From the NCBI GenBank assembly GCA_001938485.1, contig MQRK01237970.1:38064-89306 (forward strand): 51,243 nt of DNA, in the 5' to 3' direction. How positions within the stretch are numbered: the stretch's first letter is position 1; every line of letters starts with the position of its first letter. The stretch is from Girardia tigrina (Eukaryota). A program made the translations under genes and the position numbers. Below are positions 1-12,601 of this stretch, piece after piece. The notes below the pieces were generated by a model. It was given only the letters and a program-made list of their open reading frames with translations. It did not search any database and was not told the DNA's origin.

Positions 1-196
1 ATCTATTTGATTAATTGGAGTTTAACGGCAATGGATTTGATGAATGCGATCGATAAGTATCAAAAAAAAAGAAATTGTTGAGTTTGTAGTTAGTTGTCAT
101 GGAGAAGATGGTGGGTTTTTTCCGGCAGTTAATCATGACTCGCATATTTTATCCACATTAAGTGCCATTCAAATATTAACGATATTGGATGAGAGT
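1..196 (+). pseudogene. RABGGTB: Rab geranylgeranyltransferase beta subunit (RABGGTB) fragment, frameshifted
   Basis: Frame 1 reads IYLINWSLTAMDLMNAIDK, then +1 frame reads KKKEIVEFVVSCHGEDGGFFPAVNHDSHILSTLSAIQILTILDE. This matches the RABGGTB N-terminal prenyltransferase repeat (YWGLTxMDLM...GG..HDPHLLYTLSAVQIL). The frameshift is near the A-run at 62-70. I found no downstream exons in the window. Confidence 0.7.
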
Positions 197-783
197 GGCA
201 AATCAAAATTTTCTTTCAATCATCGCAAAACCATATGAACGCGATGACCATATATATATTTATTTATATACATATACTATATATTTTATTTAATTAATTT
301 AAATTTTTTTTTATTTTAATGATTTAATTTAATTTTTAATTTTATTTATAAAATGGGTTCAAAAAAATGGGTCCAAAGTAATCGCAGCGCGACCAACCAT
401 AACCATAACCCCTAAGCCTAACCCATAAAATGATTTTTGCTACAAAAAATTTAAATTAATTTAATTATCTTAAATATGTAAATAATATGAGCGTTACGCA
501 GATGAAACATTGGGCTATTATATACATAATTTATAATATGTATTGACAGATTCATTGATTTCTTATTTAAAAGTTTATATTTTACAATGAAATTTGTCAT
601 ACAATCTGGTGACATTTTTATTATTTAAATTTATTTTTCTGAATATCTGTTAAAATTTTGAAAATAATGCAATTGTCGAGGATTGATTGTTTCAAAATTT
701 AGTTTATTTTTTATTTCACTGAGGCAATTTGAGATTTGAAATAATTCACTAATAAAAGTAATAAATAAAATATATTTTAAGTA

Positions 784-982
784 CAGTAGAGTCCCGTATA
801 CTGAGATTAATATGATACCTGTTGTATGAAATCGAGTTATAGGAAATCGCGTAGAACGAAGAAAAACTTGTATAACGCGAATGATGTTTACATGTAAAAA
901 TGCATCGTATAAAATGAGATATTAGTATTATGAGATGTATGAAATTGCGTTGTATAAACTCTCGTTATACGGGAGTCTACTG
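784..982. mobile_element. 199-bp MITE, Tc1/mariner-pogo (Tigger-like) type
   Basis: About 22-bp TIRs CAGTAGAGTCCCGTATACTGAG / CTCGTTATACGGGAGTCTACTG, with TA on both sides. Confidence 0.85.
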
Positions 983-1829
983 TATTGTAAAAAATTTACA
1001 AAGCTTTAAATTACAAGTTTGAAAAAAATATCAAAATACTGAGCAAATACTATTTATTTTACTGAGCATTTATTAAAAAATACTGTGCAAAAAATTGTTG
1101 TCTAGTTTTATTAGTAAATTATAATTATAAAAATAACAAAAAAAAACATTATTTAAAATTATATTAGATTGGGCAACCTCACTCGAATTCTGGTTGCTTG
1201 AATTAAATTATTTTTTTCGTGTCATAAAAGTCATATTTTATTTAAATACTTGGTTTATTACAATCTAATGAATACAACAAATCCGTATACATTAAATATA
1301 AATAAAAATATTAATCTTAATATATACAATTAATTTATCGGATACAAAGAAATGATTTGAAACTTAAAATAAAAAAGGTGTTACATGTTACATTTATTTA
1401 TTAAATGAAATATTTAACATGAAAAAATATAGATAATTATTTTTTTAAATAATATCTATTTAAAAGTATTTGTTATTGAAAAATAAATTTTATAGATTTG
1501 TTATTCGTTGTTACAAAAGGAAAGTCTGTAATATCATGTTGCTTTACAAAGGATAAATTTGGAATAAAGAAGAATATCTAATTTGTAAATTCTAGATGTG
1601 GATGATTTAAAGGTTACATAAAGAAAAGATAACAAAATATTGTTGATTTTTTTCCCAATTTCATCTTATTTTCTCTCTCAGTTATAGAAATTCGGTATTG
1701 TGAGACTTTCAGGATGATGAAAACTATTTTCATCAAATTGTAATTATTAATAACACTAGTATGATTTCCAAAACTTTTATTGACGTCACAACTCTAATTG
1801 CCTCCAGGACGATTCTCCACAAAACTTTC

Positions 1830-1922
1830 AAATACACCTATTATTATATAAATAAATACACCTTTATTTATATAATAAATACACCTATTATTATTAATAA
1901 ATACACCTATTATTATATAAAT
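1830..1922. repeat. Minisatellite, ~23-bp unit (AAATACACCTATTATTATATAAAT) x ~4
   Basis: Unit is visibly repeated in tandem. Confidence 0.8.
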
Positions 1923-2344
1923 CTTTACGTTACAATACACTATTAAAACATTTTTATATATTTATTGATTAAAATATATGAATTTAATTTTAAAGGTGTT
2001 ATTTACATTTCAAAATTGTCCGAATAATGCGAAGGTTCAAAACATTCCAAATATCATCTACCAAATACAACACACAATAAACACCATTTGATAACATTCC
2101 TCAGAGTGATATTTTCCAATAGATAAAAATTTATTAAAAGTATCGGTTGTGGTTTCCTTTGTTAAGTAGCACTGTATTGGTTAATCAAGCGTTAGATGTC
2201 GGTAAATTAACAACAGACTTTTTTGTTTTAATTTTGTTGATTGTTTAAAATTGTTTTTAATTAAATATATAGAAAATTTTGTAGAGATCATTTATTATAA
2301 TTTTTTAAAAAACTATGTTAAATACATAAAATATTTTTATTCAG

Positions 2345-2686
2345 ATGGCATCTCAAGAAAGAAGACAAGAGATGAAACGACATGATTTATTACGTCAAAA
2401 GAATGATAAAATGTCTGACTTAGAAGAAGAAGCTTATCAAAAAGCCCAAACATTATTGAAGAAAGCCATGGAACAGCGACAAGAACAAGAAGATGAAATC
2501 AAAAAACTAAAAGAATTAATTTCTAATGCTAAAATACAAGCAATTCGAGACGCACAAATATTGGAAAAAGAAATTATTAAAAAAGAAAATTTAGAGGAAG
2601 ATCAAAGATTGGATAAAATGATGGAAATTGAAAGAATAAACGCCATTAAAATTCAAGAATTAATAGACATGAAACGTAAAGAAGAG
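2345..2686 (+). CDS. CFAP45: CFAP45 (CCDC19) internal coding exon
   Basis: ttcag acceptor and gtaatg donor. MSDLEEEAYQKAQTLL...NAKIQAIRDAQILEK..RLDKMMEIER matches CFAP45 (LSDLEE..AQNLL..NAKCHAIRDAQILEK..RLDQMMEVER). Confidence 0.93.
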
Positions 2687-2847
2687 GTAATGATAAAAGA
2701 AAGGTTTTAAGTTTTAATGTATTTCAGTTATGTGATTACTCAAATTATATATAAGTAACTTCTTAGTGGCATTTGAGTTTATCAGATTAAATGTATTAAA
2801 TAAACTCACTATAATATGTAATGTAATAATAATTGTATTTTTTTCAG

Positions 2848-3273
2848 GAACTTCTAGCGGCTTCGTCAATTATTCAACAAATTGAGGAGAATGAACAGGA
2901 AAGACTGATTGAATTGGAAAGAAAAGATCAAGAAAATAAATTAGAAAGAGAAAGAATTGCCGTATTAATGGAAGAAGAAATTGCGAAGCGAAAGAAAGTT
3001 AGGGAAAATCAAGAAAAATTGAGATCTGATTTAAATAAATCTAACGAAGAGATGTTGGAGAGAAAAATTAGAGAAAAGGAATTAGAACAACTGTTAGATT
3101 TGAGAGTGCTTGAAATACAAAAAGAAAAGGCATTAAGAGAAGCAGAATTTGAAGCAGAAAATATTAGAATAAAAGCTGAAAAAGAACGTGAAGTTGCTCG
3201 TTTAAGAGCGTTACAAGAGAGAGCTCGAGATGAACAATCCGAAAGAGACGAATTGCGAGCAAGAAGAGCAATG
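2848..3273 (+). CDS. CFAP45: CFAP45 coding exon
   Basis: tttcag acceptor and gtaaat donor. Contains REAEFEAENIRIKAEKEREVARLRALQERA. Phase 0 joins are consistent. Confidence 0.93.
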
Positions 3274-3315
3274 GTAAATCAAATTCAATTTATTTGATAT
3301 TTATTAATTCAATAG

Positions 3316-3482
3316 GAAGAGGCAGAAAGAGAATGGAGAAAAAAAGAAATCGAACAGGAAATCAAGAAAAAGCAAGTTGAAGATGATCTTAAAAGAGCTC
3401 GAGCCGAACAAGCTGAAATGAAAGAACACTTTCTAGCGATTCAAGCAGCCCGAGACAGAGCAGAATTCGAAAGAACGATAAG
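3316..3482 (+). CDS. CFAP45: CFAP45 coding exon (after a 42-nt intron)
   Basis: aatag acceptor and gtttat donor. EEAEREWRKKE...KEHFLAIQAARDRAEFERTI. Confidence 0.92.
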
Positions 3483-3929
3483 GTTTATTAAAATGACAAT
3501 TTTTGTTAAGTATTTATAAACCAAACAAAAAACTTAATTAAAAATAAGATCAATACTGAATTAAAAGTTCAAAATTAATATACTTTTTAATCCTTACTGA
3601 TATATCGTGTACTTTCGCATTTATTATTAATTTAAAAACAGTGTAATATAAATAATCAATCACGGATGAATTGTAATTTATGTATTGATGCCCCACGACA
3701 CAGGAACGAGATACAAATCAACTGGAAACTTAAAATAAACCCAGTCTCGAAAAATTATTATTTAGATGAGTATATTTGGTGAACGGTATTCAGTTTTGTG
3801 CTTAGAAAAGTTGTATCTAATGACATTGTTCGGAATTTAAATTTAAATATTTAAATTTTATTGGTGACACATGCTCGAAACATGTACCAGAAGATAAGTA
3901 ATGCTTTCTTTTTTTAGTCCAGCACCTGT

Positions 3930-4112
3930 CGTTCATTCCACATGTCAGGCAGCTAGGACTTGGTTCTGGCTTAATCCATTCATCCTTTTTCGTGTGCGCG
4001 AACAATACCAGGTGAACTTTTGAAGTTTTTATGCAAAGTTTTTCTTTTGAAAATTATAACCGGTCGCAACTTCGTTCCATTGGCAACAACTGTAAAATGA
4101 TTCTTCTCTAGA
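3930..4112 (-). mobile_element. pogo/Tc2-type (POGK-like DDE_1) transposase remnant
   Basis: Minus strand reads EKNHFTVVANGTKLRPVIIFKRKTL...VRAHEKG*MD, the pogo motif (FTVVL..ADGTKLPP.IIFKRK...GWMD), with stops. Confidence 0.75.
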
Positions 4113-6059
4113 ACGTATATAATTTCTCTATAGCCCTCAGATAAACCCAACTCGTTTTTAAAGGTGGATTTTGAGAGAATGTGAGCTGGTACACTTCGAT
4201 CTATTTCCTCGATCTATATCTAAGTGTGAGACTTTTGAATGAGATTTCTGGTGGGCGACAGACAAGGAGCGTATATTAGTGGTAGGTTTCGTAGGGGTTG
4301 TAATACGGGCCGACTTTGTTGACGTAAAGAACGACCGGGTTATTGGGTTGATATGATTGGTATAGTTTCGTTGAACAAAAATTGATAAATATAACGATTA
4401 GAATGAGAAAATCGACGAAATAATTCATTGTTTTTTGTCTATAATTGATTGTTGACGATTTCCTTTCGTCAGAATAGAAATGTCCACAATTTTGACACTA
4501 ATTTATCGTGGGTAATAAACGGTTAATTATAATATGCAAGTGCCAATATGCAATATATATTTTTATTGATACTTCTGTTTATAAGAAAGTATATATGGTA
4601 TATTTAAAAATATTTTTATATTTTTATTAAATTCAATAAGTGTAATAACCTCACAGAACACATACCGTTTTTTACTACTTGTCAAATATTTAGTTACGTT
4701 AAAGTGCCCTGTCTTTTTGTGACATGTAATTTATTTTTATGTGTTCTGAAAATTTTACAAGTGTATTCGCGTCATGTTTTATTTTTGTCCAAAGCGTTAA
4801 AGAAATTGAAGACATAAATTTTTGAAAAAGAAGAAGATATAAAGATGATGTAAAGATAATAATTATTGTATTAAAGAATTATTATAATATTAAATAAAAA
4901 ATTAATCGATACGAAATTTGATTTCGGATTTTAAAAAGAAAAATAATATTTTACTTACCGAACGACGGATAATTTTATGATAATAATTATAATTTGACAA
5001 TCCCAGCCATAAAAGACATTCAATCAGTTTCAACTCAACTTCAATCCAGTCCAAGACGACGATATTATTGTACTCGAGTCAGTTATCATTAACATTACCA
5101 ATATTTATCTACATTTTATTTTTACTGTAAGTTTTTATTGTTTCAATTAAACATATCGCTGTTAATCGATTTGTTCTCGTTTCATACTATATTAAAATTA
5201 CATTCATAAGTAAAAATAACGGTATTATCTCTCATCTTAAAGCGGGGTTAATATTGTTGTTTTTACAATAAGGTCTCGAAACTCTAAAATTAATGTTCAA
5301 ACGATACTCTCAACCAATTTGTTGAGTTTTCGATTAATTTTACATAATCGATTACACAATCATCAATTTCATATGTATAAGCAATAAAAAAAGCTAAAAA
5401 TCAGTGAAGGTGACGGTAAAACCTACAAAATTTATCACAAAAAAATATATTTTGAAATGGCATATCTTTTATTTTTTTTATAAAAAACGGATATTTGCAA
5501 TATATTATTTTTTGGAATTTTTTACAAATATTAGACTGATTTATTTTTTGCATGAAAATATTTGTATTCTTTCTTGTGAAATTTGAATTCAAATAAAATT
5601 CTAAAAAAATAGTTATTATCCAATTTGTTATACTTTATAACATCTAAGATTAGTGAACATTTCATATTCCAACAAGATAATCTTTGATTCATTTTTCTCG
5701 TTTGACCAAAAATATTTTTCAAAAAAGTATTGAAGTAATAAAATTGCTTCCATGAAGTTTAGAATTGAATATTAAAGAAACTTTTTGGAAACAATTGGAA
5801 AAGAAGAGTACATGTGTACAAAAAATATTTATATTGCAATAGCAAATAATTATTTTTCTTAAATTTGAAAATCTGCCGTTTTAAAATATTTTCATATTAT
5901 TTAATTTTTGAATATTATTTAATTTAACTGAAGTTCTTTTAAGAAATTTTTAAACAATTTATAATTTTAACCGTGTTATAAATATAGATTCAATAAATAA
6001 ACTAATAATTTTTAATGCATATTTAACGTTTAAAATTAATCAAGATTAAAATATCATTC

Positions 6060-6430
6060 AAAAACTTATCATTCCTTACATCCCCAATTAAAAAAATGTT
6101 CATTTCTGCTGTATTACGCACCAATTCTTTGTCGTCTTTATCCATCAGTTTATTCGACCTACAAGGAATCTTATTTGTTTCTCTATTATATGTTGTGTCT
6201 TTTATTATTTATTATATCCTCTCTGTTTCTTCGAAACATCCGAACCTGTTTATTGACTTTCCGAAAACATTTTCTGAACTTACTCCTATTGACTTTTGTA
6301 CTGTTGGATTAAGGGTGAATTATATATCAGGTTGTAATCTTGCCCAATTTTTATAGTGTAATGTCGCATTATAATATTCTCTTATTGTCGGGAACATTGC
6401 TATGATATGGGCTCGACAATATTATATTAT
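6060..6430 (-). mobile_element. Gypsy LTR-retrotransposon integrase C-terminal remnant with PPT/LTR start
   Basis: Minus strand reads SSPYH..PTIREY..W..LQPDI*FTLNPTVQKSIGVS..VFG..INR and KLMDKDDKELVRN, homologous to the integrase at 45759-46490. It is followed by GGGGA|TGTAAGG. Confidence 0.65.
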
Positions 6431-8720
6431 AGGGTTTTTCGGGTTATTTAATAATTTTTGCAGGTAATTTAACAAAAAATTTAAACACAAAATGTATTAT
6501 TCATAAAATATATAAATACAAAAAAACATTGTGTAAAAAAGAAATAACTACATTTAAATATTTATCATGGAATTTCATCATTATTGTGGCTTAATGGATG
6601 ATATAGAAATTTGAAAAATGCCACTAATGTGTTTGCCACCTTATTCCCCTTTCTTAAATCTATTGAGAACATATTTTTATATAAATAAACTTATTCGACC
6701 TAAGCACAGTAGATAAATCTTTAAGAGAGTTTCACTACACTCTAAAATATGTTATGTTGGTGCCTGAGCGAAGAAACTGCACTAAAACAATTGGGATGAG
6801 AACAGTATACGCTGCAAACTTTCGAGCATTAGAAGTTATTAATGATGATAAAAACTTTATATTTTGGACAAAGTTAGCTTTACTGTTGTTACTCGTCCAG
6901 ATCGTAATAGATGTAGACGAGGAAAACCCGCTTTTTTGACTTTTCCGGTGGCTAGAAGTCGTAATATTTCAGTACTCACGCCGATGAACAAATATGGCAT
7001 GATTTATAATGCCACATTTGAAGGAGCAGTAAATGGAGAAAACTTTAAACAATGTCTTAAAGAAATTAAAGAGTGCTGCAATATCAAGGGTTTCGAAAAC
7101 CGAATATTTATCATGGAATTTCATCATTATTGTGGCTTAATGGATGATATAGAAATTTGAAAAATGCCACTAATGTGTTTGCCACCTTATTCCCCTTTCT
7201 TAAATCTATTGAGAACATATTTTCTGTATGGAAGAATAACGTTATTAGATGTTGTGCTCGAAATGAAGCAGAACTTCGAAGATTAATAGTTGATAACTTC
7301 AATGATATATCAACCGAAAATTGCGGCGCATTCTACCGAAAACTGCTTGGATATCTTCAAAGGGCTGAGATGGGACAAGTAATAAACGATTAAGTTTATT
7401 TATATGTAAAATATATACATGTAAAAATAAATTTAAAAATGTCGTTATTTCTTTTTTACAATGATTTTTGTATTAGGGTGAACCAAAAGTCTTTTCGTAT
7501 TTTCTACGTCTTTTTGTTCAATTGTTTCTTATTACCAAATAAAGATATTTTATATACATGTGTTATATGTTTTTAAAGCTCTTGAACTGCTCTATCACAA
7601 TATATATTAAAACTTCTAATTAGTCGTTAATATAATTTTGATGGTCTTTTAAAAAATCATGGAAAATTTTGAAATTCGTGTTATTTTACACCATTACTGG
7701 AAACATGGCTTAAACGCAACTGCAGCAACAAATAAGATATGCGAAGTTGAAGGCGATAATGTGGTCTCAATTCGTGAAGTCGTCGAGACAAATCCGTCAA
7801 TAAGTACTCGCAGATTGTCGGCCGAACTCGATATTCCTCAAACATCCATTGTACGACACCTTCACGCTCTTGGCAAGGTCAATAGACGATGTCGAGAAGT
7901 GCCTCATAAATTGACACAAATTTAAGCCGAAAAGTGTTTCGAAACTTGTCAAAAATTGCTTGAAAATCCGCGCAATGACCGTTTCATCCGTCGAATTGTA
8001 ATTTACAATGAAAAGTGGGTTTACTTCAGTAATCCAGACCAAAAAAATCAATGGTTGGACACCAGACAAATGGCGAAACCGGTAGCGAAACGAGATCGTT
8101 TCTCAAAGAAGGCATTTTTGTGTGTTTGGTGGAATTTCGAAAGCGTGATTCACTTCGAGCTAGTTCCAAATGGTCCTACCATCGACGCTGACCTTTACTG
8201 CGTCCAACTTGATCGAATGTATGCGGCACTTGGCGAGAAATACCCCGCTTTGATCAATCGAAAGCGAGTTCTTCTACAACAGGACATAGCAAAACCGCAC
8301 ACCACCAAACAAACAAAGGAAAAAATAAAAAATCTCGACACCTTTGAACTTCTTCCACACCCAGCATATAGCCCGGATCTAGCGCCATCCGACTATCACC
8401 TTTCCCGCTCTATGGCACACTTTCTTCGTGGTCGCAGCTTCAATAATCTGGCCGAGGTCGAAAAAGGGTGTCACCAATTCTTCGCTTCTAAGAGCAAGGA
8501 TTGGTACCGCAGCGGGATCGCACAACTTGCCCATAGATGGGTTCAAGCTATATATTCAAATGGCCTTTACTTTGAAACTTAAATGTTTTTTATTTGTAAA
8601 ATTATGTCTAAATTTTTAATAAAAAATACGAAAAGACTTTTGGTTCACCATAATATTTATATATTTTATGAATGATACATTTTGTGATTAAATTTGTTAC
8701 GAAATGTCCCGAAAAACCCC
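6431..8720 (+). mobile_element. Degenerate IS630/Tc1-type (DDE_3) transposon with long TIRs; right TIR interrupted by a mariner
   Basis: Frameshifted transposase pieces at 6690-7393 (VPERRN, KNFIFLDK, RSRNISV, LKSIENIFSVWKN). Left TIR ~6431-6560 matches 7432-7472 joined to 8656-8720. 6558-6678 duplicates 7105-7225. Confidence 0.75.
7473..8653 (+). mobile_element. mariner (DD34D) element, 1181 bp, defective
   Basis: 30-bp TIRs (TTAGGGTGAACCAAAAGTCTTTTCGTATTT, 1 mismatch) and TA TSD. Transposase 7659-8582 has EVPHKLT, NEKW, QQDIAKPH and YSPDLAPSDYHL, with an in-frame stop at 7923-7925 and an N-terminal deletion. Confidence 0.95.
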
Positions 8721-8935
8721 ATATCAAAGCATACAGATTGCGTGTTTCAAACAATTTATACGACGATAAAGTTTCACCATTACATTTTGCTTCTAATTTC
8801 AATCACTTTTTTAACGTATAAATATTTGTTTTTATTCAATAAGAATAATGATTCTCTGAAACAAAACATGTCGATAAAATATCAAAAAACATATTCATTC
8901 TCAGATACTCAAAAATAAAAAAATAATCATTTTAG

Positions 8936-9160
8936 AGCTCAAAAGGAACTTATAGCGCGTGAAAAACAGCTCGATGAGATAATGAAATCCAAGAACTCGG
9001 AATATTCGCGAGATTTGCGAAATCAAATAAGAAAAAATGAAGAAGTGAAAATTGCCGAAAGAAACGCATTCTTCAAAGAAGGTGAAAAACTCGAAGAAGA
9101 AAAAAGAATTCGAAGAATGCGACTCGATGAAGCAAAACAACGAAAGCTTGAAGAACTCAG
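8936..9160 (+). CDS. CFAP45: CFAP45 coding exon
   Basis: tttag acceptor with a phase-2 join restoring ERTIRAQKE. Reads ERNAFFKEGEKLEEE..LDEAKQRKLEELR, then a gtaaag donor. Confidence 0.92.
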
Positions 9161-9211
9161 GTAAAGTAATCACAACTTTCGAAATATCAACACGGATTTT
9201 AAACGTTTCAG

Positions 9212-9281
9212 AAATGCCGGGGTATCGGAGAAATTTCTTCAACAACTGGAAAGAAAAATACAACAAGTTCAAAATTCATGA
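9212..9281 (+). CDS. CFAP45: CFAP45 last coding exon
   Basis: After a 51-nt intron reads RNAGVSEKFLQQLERKIQQVQNS* (cf. RATGLPEKY..EAERK). Confidence 0.88.
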
Positions 9282-9538
9282 ATCAATATCGATCTGATCA
9301 ACGAATAATGATTATTAATCTGATTGATACTGATTTGTGATTTCTTTATTCTACATTTTTATAAACAACATGCTCTGAATTGTAAAAATAGATTTTGTCG
9401 AAATACTGACGATAGTGATAACGATACAAATAAAATGATATCAATCAATCAATATCAGCTCTTATTAACATCGAAGAGAATCTCATGAAAAACAACTTTT
9501 ACAAAAGCGAATAAAACCGGGAGATGACGAAAAAAATG

Positions 9539-9667
9539 TCAAATCATAAAATTGAGTCTTTTGATTTGTTCGTAAGTTAGAAAAAATATGATATTCCACG
9601 GTCCGATTCGATACCAGGTCGGCACCAGACCCTTCCACAGGGCCAAAGGAGATTCGTTATTGATCGT
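9539..9667 (-). CDS. SLC25A14: SLC25A14/30-type mitochondrial carrier, last coding exon
   Basis: ttcag acceptor. [42 protein letters not shown] (cf. UCP5 [30 protein letters not shown]). Confidence 0.93.
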   Translation of the reverse strand, partial: TINNESPLALWKGLVPTWYRIGPWNIIFFLTYEQIKRLNFMI

Positions 9668-9789
9668 CTGAATACAAATTTCCCAATAACTTTGTACTCT
9701 TATAGTTATAGAATATCACATAAAAATAAAAGAATAATGACACAAATACATTAAAGATTAAGCGAAAATTCACATTGTTGCAATATATA

Positions 9790-11459
9790 CAGTTGGAGAC
9801 AAATTATTACATACACGTTTATTTATAATGTTTTTCTTTCATAAATATTTTATTAAAATGAATATCTTTCTGATATTTTTATACAATATTCTTTATGATC
9901 ATAAACACATTTTCGCAAAATTTCGTATATATATGTTCATTTTAAAAAAAGTTATAACACTTTGAACATAAAATACGATGGACAAATTATTAAATACACA
10001 AAGACACGGTTATGCAATAAAGGTCGGAAAGGTGATTTACGATTTAAATTATGTAACTTAAGTTATTATGCAATGTTATTACATACTCTAGGTAATATAG
10101 TTGATGTGTAAATTTGTGTAATTACAATCATGGGAAGGTCTCAAGATATATCAAAAGAAAAGAAGGTGACAATATTGGTTTTGTTAAAAAAATACTGAAC
10201 TTTCAATGCGAGAAATAGCTAGAAGATGCGATGTTAGCGTGATGACAGTATCAAAATGCAAGAATGACCCTGTATACTCGACTAGCGATGCTATAAGAGT
10301 AGGAAAAAGTGGTCGCAAAAAGGCTTCTACAACAAGTGAGGATAGAATACTGGTTCGCAACCTCAGAAGAAATCCTTTAGCAACTGCAGCTCAACTTCAA
10401 AATGAATGGAATTCTTATGGAGTTCGTGTATCTACTCGCACCGTGTGTCGCCGTCTCAATCAATTTGGGTTGTTCAATCAAAATTGGGTTGTCGATCAGT
10501 TAAAGCAAGACGAGCACCAAAGCTGACTCCTGCAATGAAACGAAAACGTTTAGCTTTTGCTCTTCTGCATCGTGAATGGAGATCAATGGAACAAGGTATG
10601 TTTTAGTGACGAAAGCACTTTCAAATGCCATTATGCAGAGAGGCCTCGAATTTGGCAAACTATAGGTTCACCACCCCCGACCAGACCAAGAACTAAGCAT
10701 CCAACTAAGGCAATGGTGTGGGGGATGATCAGTTGCAAGGGCCCTAGTTCAATTTACGTCTGTGATGGCATTATGAATTCGGAAAAAATATTTAGATGTC
10801 ATACGTAATTCAGCAATTCCTCAAATAAAGAAATGGTTTCCAAGAAGTAAAGATTTCATATTCATGCAGGATGGGGCACCCTGCCATACAGCTAAGATTG
10901 TGAAGACATATTTAGAAACGAAAAAGGTTCCGATGTTGCCTTGGCCGGGTAACAGCCCTGACTTGAATCGCATCGAAAATATATGGGCGTTGGTCAAAGA
11001 CCGTCTATGACGACAAACTATAACTACAAAAGTCGCCGAACTTAATCGGGTTTGGCTTCAAGATTTCGGCCTTACTGTGACAAAAAAGAACGTTATTGAA
11101 AGCATGCCACGACGGATTGATGCAGTAATTAAAGCTAAAGGAGATAATATAAGATATTAGAAACATTAAGGTAAAGTTTTGTACCTTAAATATATGTGTT
11201 TTGTGTATTATTTGGCTTTTCCGTTCTTTAATGCGTAACCGTGTTTTTGTGTATTTAATAATTTGTCCATCGTATTTTATGTTCAAAGTGTTATAACTTT
11301 TTAAAAAAATGAACATATATATACTAAATTTTTCGAAAAAGTGTTCATGGTCATAAAGAATATTGTATAAAAATATCAGAAAGATATTCATTTTAATAAA
11401 ATATTTATAAAAGAAAAACATTAAAAATAGAGGTGTATGTAATAATTTGTCTCCTACTG
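9790..11459 (+). mobile_element. Tc1 (DD34E) element with ~240-bp TIRs, frameshifted transposase
   Basis: Ends CAGTTGGAGACAAATTATTACATAC... / ...GTATGTAATAATTTGTCTCCTACTG with TA TSD. ORF pieces at 10130-11160 contain MGRS, SGRKKAST, FSDES, FMQDGAPCH, WPGNSPDLNRIEN and SMPRRIDAVIKAKG. Confidence 0.95.
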
Positions 11460-11509
11460 TATATATAATATTTGACTAAAAACTGTTTGTTTGTCAAGCT
11501 ATTAAATTT

Positions 11510-11626
11510 GAAATTGCGGAGGAACCAGAGTGAATCCATTTAAGAACGTGGTCAATATGGATAGCCCGCATCGAGACAATTCTGTCGGTACAGCGAATTC
11601 ACTGAAAGACGCTGGGAAGCCGACGA
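11510..11626. repeat. Copy 1 of a ~110-bp GC-richer direct repeat (copy 2 at 12602-12711)
   Basis: AAATTGCGGAGGAACC..GAATCCAT..TGGTCAATATGGATAG.CCGCATCGAGA..TCTGTCGGT.CAGCG..GACGCTGGGAA is shared by both copies. Confidence 0.85.
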
Positions 11627-11649
11627 AAGCGATTGAAAACCGTGGTATT

Positions 11650-12374
11650 ACGACAAAACGCCGAATTTAATAATTAAATTTAGTAAAATTTTATTTAAGT
11701 AATATTAATAAAATGAATGTTATTAATTGTAATTTTTTTCAAGAATGGCTTAAATTAACCTATAAATAAGGTGAAAATGTCTGGAAGTCGCAAAAAATTT
11801 CAATGCATATTTGTGGTGAAAAACTAAATTATAGAAAAATTAAATGAAGCCCAGTCCGTTTTTTGTTGATAGAATGTTAATATTTTGTTTTTCAGAAAAT
11901 ATTTTACAAAAGTCAAAATATTTTTAAACAATAAAAAATCTTATTTTATTCTAAGTTTTGGAATTATTTATATAATAATATTGGAAAATATTTTTAATGT
12001 TTATTCAATTGATTACTATTTTTTTAATAATTTTGAGCATTAATTTATTTAGCATAAAGAAATAAAAATAAAGACAATATTTTTCAATATTATTTTAAAA
12101 ATAATTCTAAAACTTAAAATAATATATTTTAATATATAAAATAATATTTTTAATGATTTTTTATGATTTAAAAATATTTTCTTAAAAACAAAATATTAAC
12201 ATTCTATCAACAAAACGGATTGGGCTTGAAATTTTTTGCTTCTTCCAGACATTTTCAGCTTATTTATAGGTTAATCAAAGTCCTCTTTTGAAAAATTTTC
12301 AATTAATAATATTCATTTTAATAATATTAATTCAAGTATTAAATTCGACGTTTTTATTCGCTGCGTTTTGTCAT
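11650..12374. mobile_element. ~725-bp foldback/MITE-like inverted repeat
   Basis: 11650-11910 is the reverse complement of ~12170-12374 (e.g. GAAAATGTCTGGAAG/CTTCCAGACATTTTC, TTGTTGATAGAATGTTAATATTTTG). Confidence 0.8.
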
Positions 12375-12601
12375 AGATCCGAAAACCGTACAAGTCGTTA
12401 AATGGTTAAATTAACACCGATTTCGAATAATCCCGATTTGAATGATTCGTACAAGGATTTCATGAATTTTTTTTTAAAATACTAATAAATTTGATAAATG
12501 ACGATTTTTATCACTTATTTCCTAATTATTTTGCTAAAAATCAATTTTGTAGAAATTACAAATTTTCTTTATTAAAAAAGAATATAAACAAATAAAATGT
12601 A

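Noticed and set aside
393-428. Telomere-like CCTAA repeats
   Set aside because: Short and degenerate. Such tracts are common inside repeats, and this is not a telomeric array.
1830-1922. CRISPR-like repeat array
   Set aside because: Units are contiguous with no unique spacers, and the context is eukaryotic. It is a minisatellite.
4636-5251. Possible piggyBac remnant ending GGGTTAA
   Set aside because: Left TIR match is too weak and there is no recognisable transposase.
5401-5722. Short overlapping AT-rich ORFs (and similar ones at 11005, 13014, 23319, 29234, 42126)
   Set aside because: F/I/K/N-biased chance or antisense frames with no recognisable motifs.
9590-9675. GC-rich tRNA-like / three-way-junction RNA on + (TTCGATACCAGGTCGGCACCA)
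   Set aside because: Fully explained as the minus-strand last exon of the SLC25 gene. The T-stem does not pair.
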